A DNA stretch of 64,000 bases from Anaerolineae bacterium (lineage in GTDB: Bacteria > Chloroflexota > Anaerolineae > B4-G1 > SLSP01). Of the stretch, positions 18,727 to 27,987 are shown piece by piece; the stretch's first letter is position 1, and every line of letters begins with the position of its first letter. The position numbers were made by a program, and so were the translations under genes. The notes under the pieces were generated by a model that worked only from the letters and a program-made list of their open reading frames with translations, was not told the DNA's origin and searched no databases. The DNA is taken from NCBI GenBank assembly GCA_034432595.1, contig DAOUBT010000015.1, positions 5,800-69,799 of the forward strand, given 5' to 3'.

Positions 18727-21635
18727 TCACCTTCACCTACCCCGCCCTGTTAGCCCTGTTGCCGCTTTTCGCGCTGCTTTCGGCTTTAGCTCTGGTTGGA
18801 TCAGGGCCGCTGCGCGCGCGCGGATCGTGGCGTGCCCGTCTGCGCGCCATTCCGGCCACGCGCTGGAGTGGAGCCGCGCTGCGCCTGCTCATCGGCTGGG
18901 CGCTCATTCTGGCCCTGGCCGGGATGCAGTGGCAGCGACCTGTGCATGAACTTGCGGTGGTTTTTGTGCTCGATCTTTCCGATAGCGTACCTGCCGCGGA
19001 ACAGGCGCGCGCCGAGGCCTTCGTCCGTCAGGCGGTGGCGGCGATGCCGACCAACGCCAAAGCGGCGATTGTCGCTTTTGGCGAGGATGCGCTGGTGGAA
19101 CGGCTGGCCTCTTCTCAACGTGACCTGCCCCCCATCGCTTCGGTACCGCGCACGCAGCGCACCAACATCGGCGCGGCCATCCGCCTCGCGCTGGCCCTCT
19201 TCCCCGAAGGCACACAGAAGCGCATGGTGATTTTGTCCGACGGCCTGGAGAACGTGGGGCAGGCGCGTCGTCAGGCGGAATTAGCGGCGGTGCGCGGGGT
19301 GGAGATCGCCGTCGTGCCGTTGACCACGCCCCCCGCCGAGCAGGAGGTGTACGTGGAGGCGCTGGCCGCGCCCGCCGCGGTGCGCAAGGGGCAGGCCTTC
19401 GACGTGACGGCGACGGTGGTGAGCAGCGTGGCGCAGGAGGCGACCTTGCGCCTGTTCGGCGACGGGCGCCTGCTCCAGACGCGGACGGTGAGCCTGCAGG
19501 TGGGGGTGAACCGCATCTTGTTGAGCCTTACCGCTGAGGAGACGGGCTTCCGCCGTTACCGCGTGGAACTGAGCGCGCCGCTTGACACCCTGCCGCAGAA
19601 CAATCTGGCTTCGGGCTTCACCATGGTGTACGGCCCGCCGCGCGTCCTGATCGTGACGCGCGCCGCCACGGAGGTGGAGGCGCTGCGCGCGGCCCTGGAG
19701 TCCACCGGCATGGAGGTGCTCATCACGTCGCCGGAGGCGCTGCCCTCTGACCCCGCCACTTTGGCAAGCTACGATAGTATCGTGCTGGCCAACGTCCCGG
19801 CGGAAACACTTCCCAAGGGGGCCATGGAGGCGCTGCCGGTGGTGGTGCGCGAGCTGGGACGCGGCCTGGTGATGCTCGGCGGTGAGGAGAGCTTCGGCGC
19901 GGGCAACTACCTGCGCACACCCGTCGAGGCGGCGCTGCCGGTGGACATGGAAGTGCGCAGCCGCACGCGCGAGGCTAATATCGCCCTGGTGATGGTGATT
20001 GACAAATCCGGCAGCATGGGGCGCTGTCACTGCGACAACCCCAACGCCAAACCCGGCGAATATCAGCGCGTCGAGGTGGGCCTGCCCAAGGTGGACATCG
20101 CCAAGGACGCGGTGTTGCAGGCGACGCAGGCGCTGGGGCGCAACGACTATCTGGGCGTGGTGGCTTTCAACGAGAACGCGCTGTGGGCCTTGCCTTTGCA
20201 ACGCCTGCCCGATACCATGGTGATTCAGCAGGCGATCGGTGGCATTCAGGCCGAAGGGCAGACCAACATTTACGCTGGATTGGCCGAAGCTGAAAAGGCG
20301 CTGCTCACCGTCGAGGCGCGCGTCAAGCACATGATTCTGCTTACCGATGGTTGGTCCACTTCGGGCCAGTATGATGAGATGATTCAACGTCTGGCGGACG
20401 AAGGGATTACGCTTTCCATTGTGGCGGCGGGTGGCGGTTCGGCGGAGTACCTGGAGCAACTGGCGGAAAAGGGCGGCGGGCGCTATTATCCCGCGCCCTC
20501 GATGCAGGACGTGCCGCAGATTTTCCTCAAGGAGACGGTACAGGCTGTGGGCGAGTACATCATCGAGGAGCCGTTCTACCCGCTCCCCGCGGCGCCTTCG
20601 CCCATTCTGCGCGGCTTCGACACGGCTGCACTGCCGCCGCTGTTCGGTTACAACGGGGCCACGCCCAAGCAGACGGCGCAGGTCGTGCTGCTCAGCGCGC
20701 GCGGTGATCCGGTGCTGGCGCAGTGGCAGTATGGCCTTGGGCGCGCCGTGGCCTGGACTTCGGACCTCAAGCCGCAGTGGGCGGTGGACTGGGTTGCCTG
20801 GGAGCGCTTCAACGTCTTCGCGGCGCAGCTCATCAACTGGACCCTGCCCGCGCCTTTCGACGAGAACCTGAGCGTGAGCGCTCAATCCGACGGCGCGGAC
20901 GTGCGGCTGGTGGTGGACTCGACCGATGAGCAGGGCCGTCCGCGCGACCTGCTGGAAACGACGGCGACCCTGGTCAGCCCGGACTTCGTCACCGCGACGG
21001 TGAAGCTGGAGCAGACGGGCGCGGGGCACTACGAAGGCACAACGTCCCTGGGGGATGCGGGCACCTATCTGGTGCAGGTGGTGCAGCGCGACGCGCAGGG
21101 CAATCCGGTGGCGCAGCGCACCACCGGCCTGGTCGTGCCCTATTCGCCGGAGTACAAGCGCATCGGCAGCGGTGAGGGGCTGTTGCGCGAGCTGGCGCAG
21201 CTCACCGGCGGCAAGGAGCTGGCGAGTTATGAGGAGGTCTTTGCGCCGACGGCGCATCCGGCGCGGCGCGCCGTCCCGTTGTGGCCGGCGCTCCTGCTGT
21301 TGGCGGCGCTGGCCTTCCCGGTTGATGTGGCCCTGCGGCGTTTGCGGCTGCAACCTTCGGATTGGGCGCGTCTGCGGCGCTGGCTGGATGAGCATCTGCG
21401 CCCAACGCGGCGTCAGCGTCGCCGTGGCGAGCCGGAGGTGTTGAGCGACCTGTTCCGCGCGCGCGAACGGGCGCGCCGGCGTGGCGTGCGGCCAGTGACG
21501 CCGGAAATGCCGCGCGGCGACGAGACCCCGCCGGCAGCGCCTCCCCCGTCCGTTCCACCGGCTGCGCCCCCGCCTGCTGAGGAGGATGCCCTGGCGCGCC
21601 TGCGGCAGGCACGGGAGCGGGCGAAGCGGCGGTAG
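18723..21635 (+). CDS. BatB-like large protein: BatA_N domain, two vWA domains, GATase1-like domain, C-terminal TM + Pro/Arg-rich tail
   Basis: ATGA overlap with the upstream gene. vWA 1 (VVFVLDLSDSV), a GATase1-like domain (VLIVTRAATEVEAL...YDSIVLANVPAETLP...LVMLGGEESFGAGNY) and vWA 2 (IALVMVIDKSGSMG). The track ORF that starts at 18609 is an N-terminal over-extension. Confidence 0.75.
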   Translation: MITFTYPALLALLPLFALLSALALVGSGPLRARGSWRARLRAIPATRWSGAALRLLIGWALILALAGMQWQRPVHELAVVFVLDLSDSVPAAEQARAEAFVRQAVAAMPTNAKAAIVAFGEDALVERLASSQRDLPPIASVPRTQRTNIGAAIRLALALFPEGTQKRMVILSDGLENVGQARRQAELAAVRGVEIAVVPLTTPPAEQEVYVEALAAPAAVRKGQAFDVTATVVSSVAQEATLRLFGDGRLLQTRTVSLQVGVNRILLSLTAEETGFRRYRVELSAPLDTLPQNNLASGFTMVYGPPRVLIVTRAATEVEALRAALESTGMEVLITSPEALPSDPATLASYDSIVLANVPAETLPKGAMEALPVVVRELGRGLVMLGGEESFGAGNYLRTPVEAALPVDMEVRSRTREANIALVMVIDKSGSMGRCHCDNPNAKPGEYQRVEVGLPKVDIAKDAVLQATQALGRNDYLGVVAFNENALWALPLQRLPDTMVIQQAIGGIQAEGQTNIYAGLAEAEKALLTVEARVKHMILLTDGWSTSGQYDEMIQRLADEGITLSIVAAGGGSAEYLEQLAEKGGGRYYPAPSMQDVPQIFLKETVQAVGEYIIEEPFYPLPAAPSPILRGFDTAALPPLFGYNGATPKQTAQVVLLSARGDPVLAQWQYGLGRAVAWTSDLKPQWAVDWVAWERFNVFAAQLINWTLPAPFDENLSVSAQSDGADVRLVVDSTDEQGRPRDLLETTATLVSPDFVTATVKLEQTGAGHYEGTTSLGDAGTYLVQVVQRDAQGNPVAQRTTGLVVPYSPEYKRIGSGEGLLRELAQLTGGKELASYEEVFAPTAHPARRAVPLWPALLLLAALAFPVDVALRRLRLQPSDWARLRRWLDEHLRPTRRQRRRGEPEVLSDLFRARERARRRGVRPVTPEMPRGDETPPAAPPPSVPPAAPPPAEEDALARLRQARERAKRR

Positions 21636-21746
21636 GGGCTGGGAGCAGGAACACCCTGGCGCAGGATGAATGCCTGAGGTATGGAACCTTCAGGCGGCGG
21701 GGAGCCCTTTGAATTTCTGGAACCACGCAGTAACAAGGAGCTGAAC

Positions 21747-23000
21747 ATGGTGGATGAACGCGAACTTGCGCCGCATCGCCGCTATCGCGGCAAAGTTACC
21801 CTCAGGCCCAAGGTCCCCGTGCGTGGGGTGGAGGATTTCGCCGTGTGGTACACCCCTGGCATCGCGGCACCCTGCCGCGCCATCGCCGCCGATCCGGAGG
21901 AAGTCTGGGAACTGACCAATCGCGGCAACACCATTGCCATCATTTCCGACGGTACGCGCGTGCTGGGCCTGGGCGACATCGGCCCACGGGCCGCGCTGCC
22001 CGTGATGGAGGGCAAGGCGTTACTGTTCAAGCTCCTCGGCGGCGTGGACGCAATCCCGCTGGTGCTCGATGCGCGCGACCCGGCGCGCTTCTGCGACGTG
22101 GTTGCCGCCCTGGAGCCGAGTTTCGGCGGCATCAATCTGGAGGACATCGCGCAGCCCAAATGCTTTGGCATCCTGGAAACCCTGCGCGCGCGTCTGGACA
22201 TCCCGGTCTGGCACGACGATCAGCAGGGCACGGCGACGGTGGTGCTGGCCGCGGTACTGAACGCGCTCAAGCTGGTGGGCAAGACGCCTGACGCGGTGCG
22301 CATCAGCCTCATCGGGGCGGGCGCGGCGAACATGGCCGTGTACCGCCTGCTCAAAGCGGCGGGGGTTAATCCGGGCGCGATCGTGGTCTGCGATGAGCGC
22401 GGTATCCTGCATCCTGAACGCGAGGACTTGCGCGCCCTTGCCGATGCGGCGCCGCAGTGGCGCGTCTGCCTGGAAAGCAACGCCGAGGGACGGCGCGGGG
22501 GCATCCGGGAAGCCTGTCGCGGCGCGGACGTGCTCATCGCCTTCAGCCGCCCCGGCCCCGACACGCTGTTACCGGAGCACATCGCCGCCATGGCGCGGGA
22601 TGGCATCGTCATTGCGGGAGCCAATCCCGTGCCCGAAATCTGGCCCGACGTGGCCAAAGCCGCTGGCGCGCGCATCGTCGGCACGGGACGCAGCGATTTT
22701 CCCAATCAGGTGAACAACGCCCTGGCTTTTCCGGGCATCTTCCGCGGCGTGCTGGATGTGCGTGCGCGCACCATCAGCGACCGCATGGCTGTGGCGGCGG
22801 CGCAGGCCCTGGCGCGCTGTGCGGACTTCCGGGGGCTGCGGGAGGACCATCTCCTGCCCACCCTGGATGAACCCGAAACCGCGCGCGAAGTGGCCGTGGC
22901 CACGGCGCTGGCTGCCATCGCGGAGGGGGTGGCACGTCTGGTGCTGGACGAGGTGACGCTGCGGCAGCGCGTGGCGGAGGGAATAGGCGCGGGCTTGTGA
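21747..23000 (+). CDS. NAD(P)-dependent malic enzyme (short form)
   Basis: N-terminus YTPGIAAPCRAIAADP, Rossmann motif ISLIGAGAANMAVYRLL and NQVNNALAFPGIFRG. AAGGAG RBS. Confidence 0.85.
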   Translation: MVDERELAPHRRYRGKVTLRPKVPVRGVEDFAVWYTPGIAAPCRAIAADPEEVWELTNRGNTIAIISDGTRVLGLGDIGPRAALPVMEGKALLFKLLGGVDAIPLVLDARDPARFCDVVAALEPSFGGINLEDIAQPKCFGILETLRARLDIPVWHDDQQGTATVVLAAVLNALKLVGKTPDAVRISLIGAGAANMAVYRLLKAAGVNPGAIVVCDERGILHPEREDLRALADAAPQWRVCLESNAEGRRGGIREACRGADVLIAFSRPGPDTLLPEHIAAMARDGIVIAGANPVPEIWPDVAKAAGARIVGTGRSDFPNQVNNALAFPGIFRGVLDVRARTISDRMAVAAAQALARCADFRGLREDHLLPTLDEPETAREVAVATALAAIAEGVARLVLDEVTLRQRVAEGIGAGL

Positions 23001-23007
23001 GCTGGCC

Positions 23008-23030
23008 CTGACAGGATGCTGTCAGGGGGT
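23008..23030. terminator. Bidirectional hairpin between convergent malic enzyme and histidine kinase genes
   Basis: ccctgacag-gatg-ctgtcaggg forms a perfect 9-bp stem. Confidence 0.5.
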
Positions 23031-23114
23031 AGTCTCAGCGATTGACGCGAGAAAACAGTCCGGCCCGTCGGTGAGCGCCGCTACAGTCCGGCAGGGCCTT
23101 GGCTGTGGGGAAAG

Positions 23115-24491
23115 TTACGCTTTAACGGCGTCAGATTGAGATTGCGAGGCCAGATTACGCTCGCCGGCATCTTCTTCCGGAGCAGCGGGCAGGGTAAAGT
23201 AGAAAGTTGACCCCTCGCCGGGCTGGCTTTCCACGCCGACCCGTCCGCCGAGGCGTTCCACAATGCGGCGCGTGATGGAAAGTCCAAGGCCATACCCCTG
23301 CGCGCGGACATGGCTCAGGCGCGTGAAGGGGATGAAGAGACGGCGCTGTTCCTCTTCTGTCAGGCCAGGGCCGTTATCCTTGATCCAGAACTTCACCATG
23401 CCATCGTTTAGCCGGGTGGCACCCAGAGTAATGTGGGGAGGATTGCCGCCGTACTTGAGCGCGTTGCTGATGTAATTCACCCACACCTCCTCCAGCCAGG
23501 GGGCGTACCCGTAAGCCGGCGGCCAGACAGGTTGGATCACCAGCTCTGCTTTGCGCTGTTGAATCGGGTCACGCAGGCGTTCTAACGCCGCCCCAATCAC
23601 GGGACTCATGGCCACGGGACGGGAGAGCACCTCCACTTTGCTGAAGCTCGAAAGCAGTAGCAGTTCATCCACGATGTTGGTGAGCTTGCGCGCACTGCGT
23701 CCGATGAGATTCAAGTAATTGAACAACGTTTCCTGAGACATATCGTTCAGGTTATCCTGAAGCGCCTCGCTGAACCCTAAAAGCGAGGAAAGCGGCCCCT
23801 TCAAGTCGTGCGCTACCGTGTGAGCGAAAGCCTCCAGGTCCTCGTTACGCCGCAGCAACTCCTGATTCAGGCTCTGCAGGGCCTGCGTGCGCTCCTCAAC
23901 GCGCTGATCCAGCTCGCGATTGATCCGAATCAACTCCTGTACAGCCCGTTCCAGGCTGCCGGTGGCCAGCCACATCGCCAACGCGACAAAGTAAAAGCTG
24001 GCGGTGGTCGCCGGATTGGGGAGGGCTTCATGCATCACGCCGACCTGCAAATAACCGTAAATAAAGCTTTCCAGCGTGGCCGTGACAAAGCTGGCCCAGG
24101 AGCGCAGCAATACGCTGGAAAGGATAATGGGCAAAAGCCAGAGATAGGTGCTGCGGCCTTCGACGAGGTATTCGATTTTTTCCAAAGGGAAAATCGAAAT
24201 GAAGATGAGCAAAATAAATGCTACACTTCTCCAGTCGGTGGGTAAACGGCGACTGAGGCAATACAGGAGGCAACTGGAGAACAACACGATTGCGCCGCTC
24301 ACGTAAATCACGGTGGGGGGTTCCGGTCCGGCCAGCCCTTTCTGCTCGGCCAGGATGACCAGCACCACCACCAGGCTGGTGAGCACGACGGTGCCCAACA
24401 AGAAAGCATCCAGCATCCGCCGGCGCCGTTCCTCGTCGTTTTCAATTTTCTCGTATAGCTTTTCGATATAAACCTTCAGATCTGCGTTCAC
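23115..24491 (-). CDS. Sensor histidine kinase (multi-TM sensor, HisKA + HATPase_c); no adjacent response regulator
   Basis: H-box AHTVAHDLKGPL, N box NALKYGG and G boxes DNGPGL / GYGLGLSI, with 6 N-terminal TM segments. Confidence 0.85.
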   Translation of the reverse strand: MNADLKVYIEKLYEKIENDEERRRRMLDAFLLGTVVLTSLVVVLVILAEQKGLAGPEPPTVIYVSGAIVLFSSCLLYCLSRRLPTDWRSVAFILLIFISIFPLEKIEYLVEGRSTYLWLLPIILSSVLLRSWASFVTATLESFIYGYLQVGVMHEALPNPATTASFYFVALAMWLATGSLERAVQELIRINRELDQRVEERTQALQSLNQELLRRNEDLEAFAHTVAHDLKGPLSSLLGFSEALQDNLNDMSQETLFNYLNLIGRSARKLTNIVDELLLLSSFSKVEVLSRPVAMSPVIGAALERLRDPIQQRKAELVIQPVWPPAYGYAPWLEEVWVNYISNALKYGGNPPHITLGATRLNDGMVKFWIKDNGPGLTEEEQRRLFIPFTRLSHVRAQGYGLGLSITRRIVERLGGRVGVESQPGEGSTFYFTLPAAPEEDAGERNLASQSQSDAVKA

Positions 24492-24810
24492 GGCTTGCCC
24501 TATGAGTTGACTTCAATTCCTGGTGTTGGCTGGATGACGTGATGTTGTCTTCCTGAACGGTATGATAATCTTACCAAAACAAAGCGTTAAGTTTACTTAT
24601 AGTATAAAGGCGAATTTCTGGAGGTCAAGTATGAGATGAGTGTGCTTTTTTAACGCACAGCTCCACCACAACGCCGCGTTGGCCGGTCTGTTTTACCGTT
24701 TTTGACCATGCTGACCGGGTCCGCTACGTTTGCAAAAATTCGGAAATACCTATAATAGTCAGGTAACCCCGTTTAACTCACCGCAAATCATATCGTGATA
24801 TGGAGGTGCT

Positions 24811-26145
24811 ATGGATGCAGTACTGCTGGCGCGGATTCAGTTTGCTTTGACGGCGGCCTTCCATTTCCTCTTCCCGCCGGTGACCATTGGCCTGTCCTGG
24901 CTGATCGTGCTTCTGGCCTGGCGCAGCCTGCGCACGCAGGACCCGGAAGATGACGCAGCCCTGACCTTTTGGGTGCGCATCTTCACCCTGCTCTTTGCTG
25001 TTGGTGTCGCCACCGGCATCACCCTGGAATTCCAGTTCGGCACGAATTGGGCAACCTATTCCCGCTTTGTCGGGGACATTTTCGGCTCGCCCTTAGCCGC
25101 GGAAGGCGTTTTTGCCTTCTTCCTGGAATCCACTTTCCTGGGTGTGCTCATCTTTGGGCGCAAGCGCGTCTCACGGCGTTTTTATCTATTTTCTACATTG
25201 ATGGTGGCCCTCGGTTCCACCCTCTCAGCGTTTTGGATTATCGTCGCTAATTCCTGGCAGCAGACACCCACCGCCTACGTAATCGTGGGCGAGGGGGCAT
25301 TCCGGCGCGCTGAGTTGACCGACTTCTGGGCTGCCGTGTTCAACCCGTCCACGCTGCCGCGTTACACCCACACCCTCGCTGCCTCCCTCATCACCGGTGG
25401 CGTCTTCATGGCGGGGATTGGCGCCTGGTACCTCTTGCGCGGACGGCATCCGCAATTTGCGCGGCGCGCTGTGCGCCTGGGCATGACCATGGTGGCCGTG
25501 GTGGCGCTGCTCACCCTGGCGACGGGGCACATGCACGCGGTGCAGGTTGCCCTCACGCAGCCGGCCAAGATGGCCGCTTTTGAGGGCCTCTTCAAGACGC
25601 GCGCCGGCGCCCCTCTCAGCCTTTGGGGGTTCCCGGATGTGGAGCAGCAGAAAGTTCATTTTGAAATCGCCATTCCCAGGATGTTAAGCCTGCTGGTGTA
25701 TTTCAAGCCCGATGCCACCGTCACCGGGTTGGATCAATTCCCGCGTGAGGAATGGCCCCCCATTGCCCTGAGCTTCTATCCCTACAAAGTGATGATTATG
25801 CTGTGGGGCTGGTTCCTGGTGATAGGCTGGGCGTACCTGTTGCTGCACAAAAAACTGAGCACCTGGAAACCGTTCCTGAAAGCCCTATTCTTCTCCATCC
25901 CCTTACCCTGGGTAGCGATGGAGTTGGGATGGATGGCGGCGGAAGTGGGGCGTCAGCCCTGGGTGGTGTACGGCCTGTTGCGCACGGAGGACGCGGTCTC
26001 GGTGGTGGTCCCTGCCGGGCAGATTCTCGCCACCATCATTCTGTTCGTGTTGATTTACGCCGCTCTGTTGGCACTGGCCATTTATCTGGTGCGTCAGGAA
26101 GTGCTCCGTGGTCCGCAGTTGGACAACGGCACGCCGGCAGCATGA
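24811..26145 (+). CDS. cydA: Cytochrome bd ubiquinol oxidase subunit I
   Basis: Typical CydA N-terminus (ARIQFALTAAFHFLFPPVTIGL) and Q-loop region. Confidence 0.9.
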   Translation: MDAVLLARIQFALTAAFHFLFPPVTIGLSWLIVLLAWRSLRTQDPEDDAALTFWVRIFTLLFAVGVATGITLEFQFGTNWATYSRFVGDIFGSPLAAEGVFAFFLESTFLGVLIFGRKRVSRRFYLFSTLMVALGSTLSAFWIIVANSWQQTPTAYVIVGEGAFRRAELTDFWAAVFNPSTLPRYTHTLAASLITGGVFMAGIGAWYLLRGRHPQFARRAVRLGMTMVAVVALLTLATGHMHAVQVALTQPAKMAAFEGLFKTRAGAPLSLWGFPDVEQQKVHFEIAIPRMLSLLVYFKPDATVTGLDQFPREEWPPIALSFYPYKVMIMLWGWFLVIGWAYLLLHKKLSTWKPFLKALFFSIPLPWVAMELGWMAAEVGRQPWVVYGLLRTEDAVSVVVPAGQILATIILFVLIYAALLALAIYLVRQEVLRGPQLDNGTPAA

Positions 26146-26156
26146 GGAGGTGAAGC

Positions 26157-27188
26157 ATGGCCATGAGCTTTTTACAGACCTTGTGGTTTCTTTTGATTGG
26201 GGTCCTCTTGACCGGCTACGCCATTCTGGACGGCTTCGATCTGGGCGCTGGTGTGTTGCATCTCCTGGTGGCGCGCAAAGATGAGGAGCGACGGCAGGTG
26301 CTCCACGCGCTGGGGCCGTTCTGGGATGGCAACGAGGTATGGTTGCTCACGGGGGGTGGGGCGCTCTTCGCCGCTTTCCCCCACGTGTACGCTACCGTCT
26401 TTAGCGGTTTCTACCTTGCCTTGATGCTGGTCCTCTTCGCCCTGATTCTGCGCGCAGTAACCTTTGAATTCCGCAGCCGCGTGGAATCCCCGCGCTGGCG
26501 CGCTTTTTGGGATGCGGTGCTCTGCGGCAGCAGCTTCCTGCCCGCGTTGCTTACCGGCGTGGCGGTGGGCAACCTCATCCGCGGCGTGCCGCTGAGTGCG
26601 GATATGGAGTACGCGGGCACCTTCTTCACCTTGCTCAATCCCTTTGCGCTGCTGGTCGGCCTGACCGGTCTGGCGATGTTTGTCACGCACGGCGCCTTGT
26701 ACCTCATGATGAAGACGGAAGGCGCGGTCGCGCAGCGCGCAGAACAGTGGGCCAAACGCGCCTGGGCGGCCTGGCTGGCTTTGACGCTCCTCACCATGGT
26801 TGCCGCGCCTTTCGCTGCGCCGGAGCGCTACACGGACAAACCGGTGGCGATTTGGGGATTGCCGCTTCTCGTGGCCGGGATGCTGGGCCTCACCCGTTTC
26901 CATCTTGCCCGTGGAGACGCGGGTAAAGCCTTTACCTTTTCCGCCCTGAGCATCGGCGCGCTGATGGCCCTGTTCGGCGCGAGCTGCTTCCCTTACCTTG
27001 TGCCGGCGAGCAACGGCGTGCAGATTGCCGGTTACGCGGGCCTGAGCATTTACAACGCTTCCGCCTCGCAGCGCACCCTCACGGTGATGGCGGTGATCGC
27101 CCTGATCGGCGTTCCCATTGTGCTGGCCTATACCGCCTACATCTATCGCCTGTTCCGTGGCAAAGTGGGGGCAGAAGGCGAATACTGA
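26157..27188 (+). CDS. cydB: Cytochrome bd ubiquinol oxidase subunit II
   Basis: CydB N-terminus LWFLLIGVLLTGYAILDGFDLGAG. Confidence 0.9.
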   Translation: MAMSFLQTLWFLLIGVLLTGYAILDGFDLGAGVLHLLVARKDEERRQVLHALGPFWDGNEVWLLTGGGALFAAFPHVYATVFSGFYLALMLVLFALILRAVTFEFRSRVESPRWRAFWDAVLCGSSFLPALLTGVAVGNLIRGVPLSADMEYAGTFFTLLNPFALLVGLTGLAMFVTHGALYLMMKTEGAVAQRAEQWAKRAWAAWLALTLLTMVAAPFAAPERYTDKPVAIWGLPLLVAGMLGLTRFHLARGDAGKAFTFSALSIGALMALFGASCFPYLVPASNGVQIAGYAGLSIYNASASQRTLTVMAVIALIGVPIVLAYTAYIYRLFRGKVGAEGEY

Positions 27189-27226
27189 GGTCCATGGGTA
27201 CCTGATTACCTTGCCTGGGGTGGGCG

Positions 27227-27259
27227 ATAGCATGGCCTTCGCCCACCCCTTTTAAGATG
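27227..27259 (+). repeat. REP-like palindrome copy E followed by TTTT (likely cydB terminator)
   Basis: ggggtgggcgatagcatggccttcgcccacccctttt. Confidence 0.55.
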
Positions 27260-27446
27260 CTTACCATGACCTGCTAACCGCTAATCGGGGATGCTTTTCG
27301 GGAACCACGCCGTTGCGGGCGGTAGTCAACCACCTCCGCTCCCGGCTTTCCTGCGTGGTGAATATCGCCGTAACGTTTGAATGCATCGCTGCAGCGTCCT
27401 GCCGATATAGGACTAAAGGGCTACTCCCTTATTTCCCAAAATTCAG

Positions 27447-27475
27447 TTGCACTTGTGGGATAAATCGTGTATAAT
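27447..27475 (+). promoter_or_regulatory. Sigma-70-type promoter of dcw cluster (TTGCAC-17-TATAAT)
   Basis: -35 at 27447-27452, -10 at 27470-27475, 17-nt spacer. Confidence 0.6.
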
Positions 27476-27511
27476 GTGGGAAACAGTGGGGATAAGTGGG
27501 GATAAATGGGG
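27457..27511 (+). promoter_or_regulatory. MraZ operator: TGGG(G/A) direct repeats phased at 10 bp
   Basis: TGGGA at 27457 and 27477; TGGGG at 27487, 27497 and 27507 (gtggggataa gtggggataa atggggtatt). They overlap the -10 box and the 5' UTR of mraZ. Confidence 0.65.
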
Positions 27512-27549
27512 TATTTAGCTCCACCGGCAAGCGCTAAAGCGAGGCAAAC

Positions 27550-27987
27550 ATGTTTTTAGGCCAGTATGAGTATACCCTGGATGACAAAAATCGCCTGACC
27601 ATTCCGGCGCGTTTCCGCGAGGGCCTGGAAGGCGGGTTTGTCATCACGCGCGGCCTGGATCGCTGCCTCACCATCTATCCCCTGGAAGTCTGGGAAGGCA
27701 TCACCGCAAGGATGGAAGACCTCTACATGACCGATCCGCGCGTGCGCGCCTTGCGCCGTTTGATGTTTGCCGAGGCGGTCAACGTCACCCCCGACCGTCA
27801 GGGCCGGGTGGTTATCCCCGACCGCCTTCGGGAATACGCTGGCCTGCAGGCCGGCGATAACGCCGTTATTGTGGGATTGAATCGCTACCTCGAAGTTTGG
27901 AATCCGCAACGCTGGGAGGATTTTAACGCTCAACAGTTAGCAGCCATCGAAGCGGACCCGGCCTTATGGGAGAGCTTGAAGATTTAA
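27550..27987 (+). CDS. mraZ: Transcriptional regulator MraZ
   Basis: [23 protein letters not shown], duplicated SpoVT/AbrB-like halves. Confidence 0.9.
   Translation: MFLGQYEYTLDDKNRLTIPARFREGLEGGFVITRGLDRCLTIYPLEVWEGITARMEDLYMTDPRVRALRRLMFAEAVNVTPDRQGRVVIPDRLREYAGLQAGDNAVIVGLNRYLEVWNPQRWEDFNAQQLAAIEADPALWESLKI

Noticed and set aside
19281-21395. 704-aa minus-strand ORF
   Set aside because: It lies entirely antisense to the BatB-like vWA gene. Its composition is Arg/Gln/His-rich and low complexity, as expected for an antisense artefact in GC-rich DNA.
24500-24810. Rex/redox operator upstream of cydAB
   Set aside because: No TTGTGAA-N4-TTCACAA-like palindrome is present; only a plausible sigma-70 promoter was seen (TTTGCA-16-TATAAT near 24738-24765).
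26172-27233. 353-aa minus-strand ORF
   Set aside because: It is antisense to cydB. It has no recognisable motifs and an Arg/His-rich composition.
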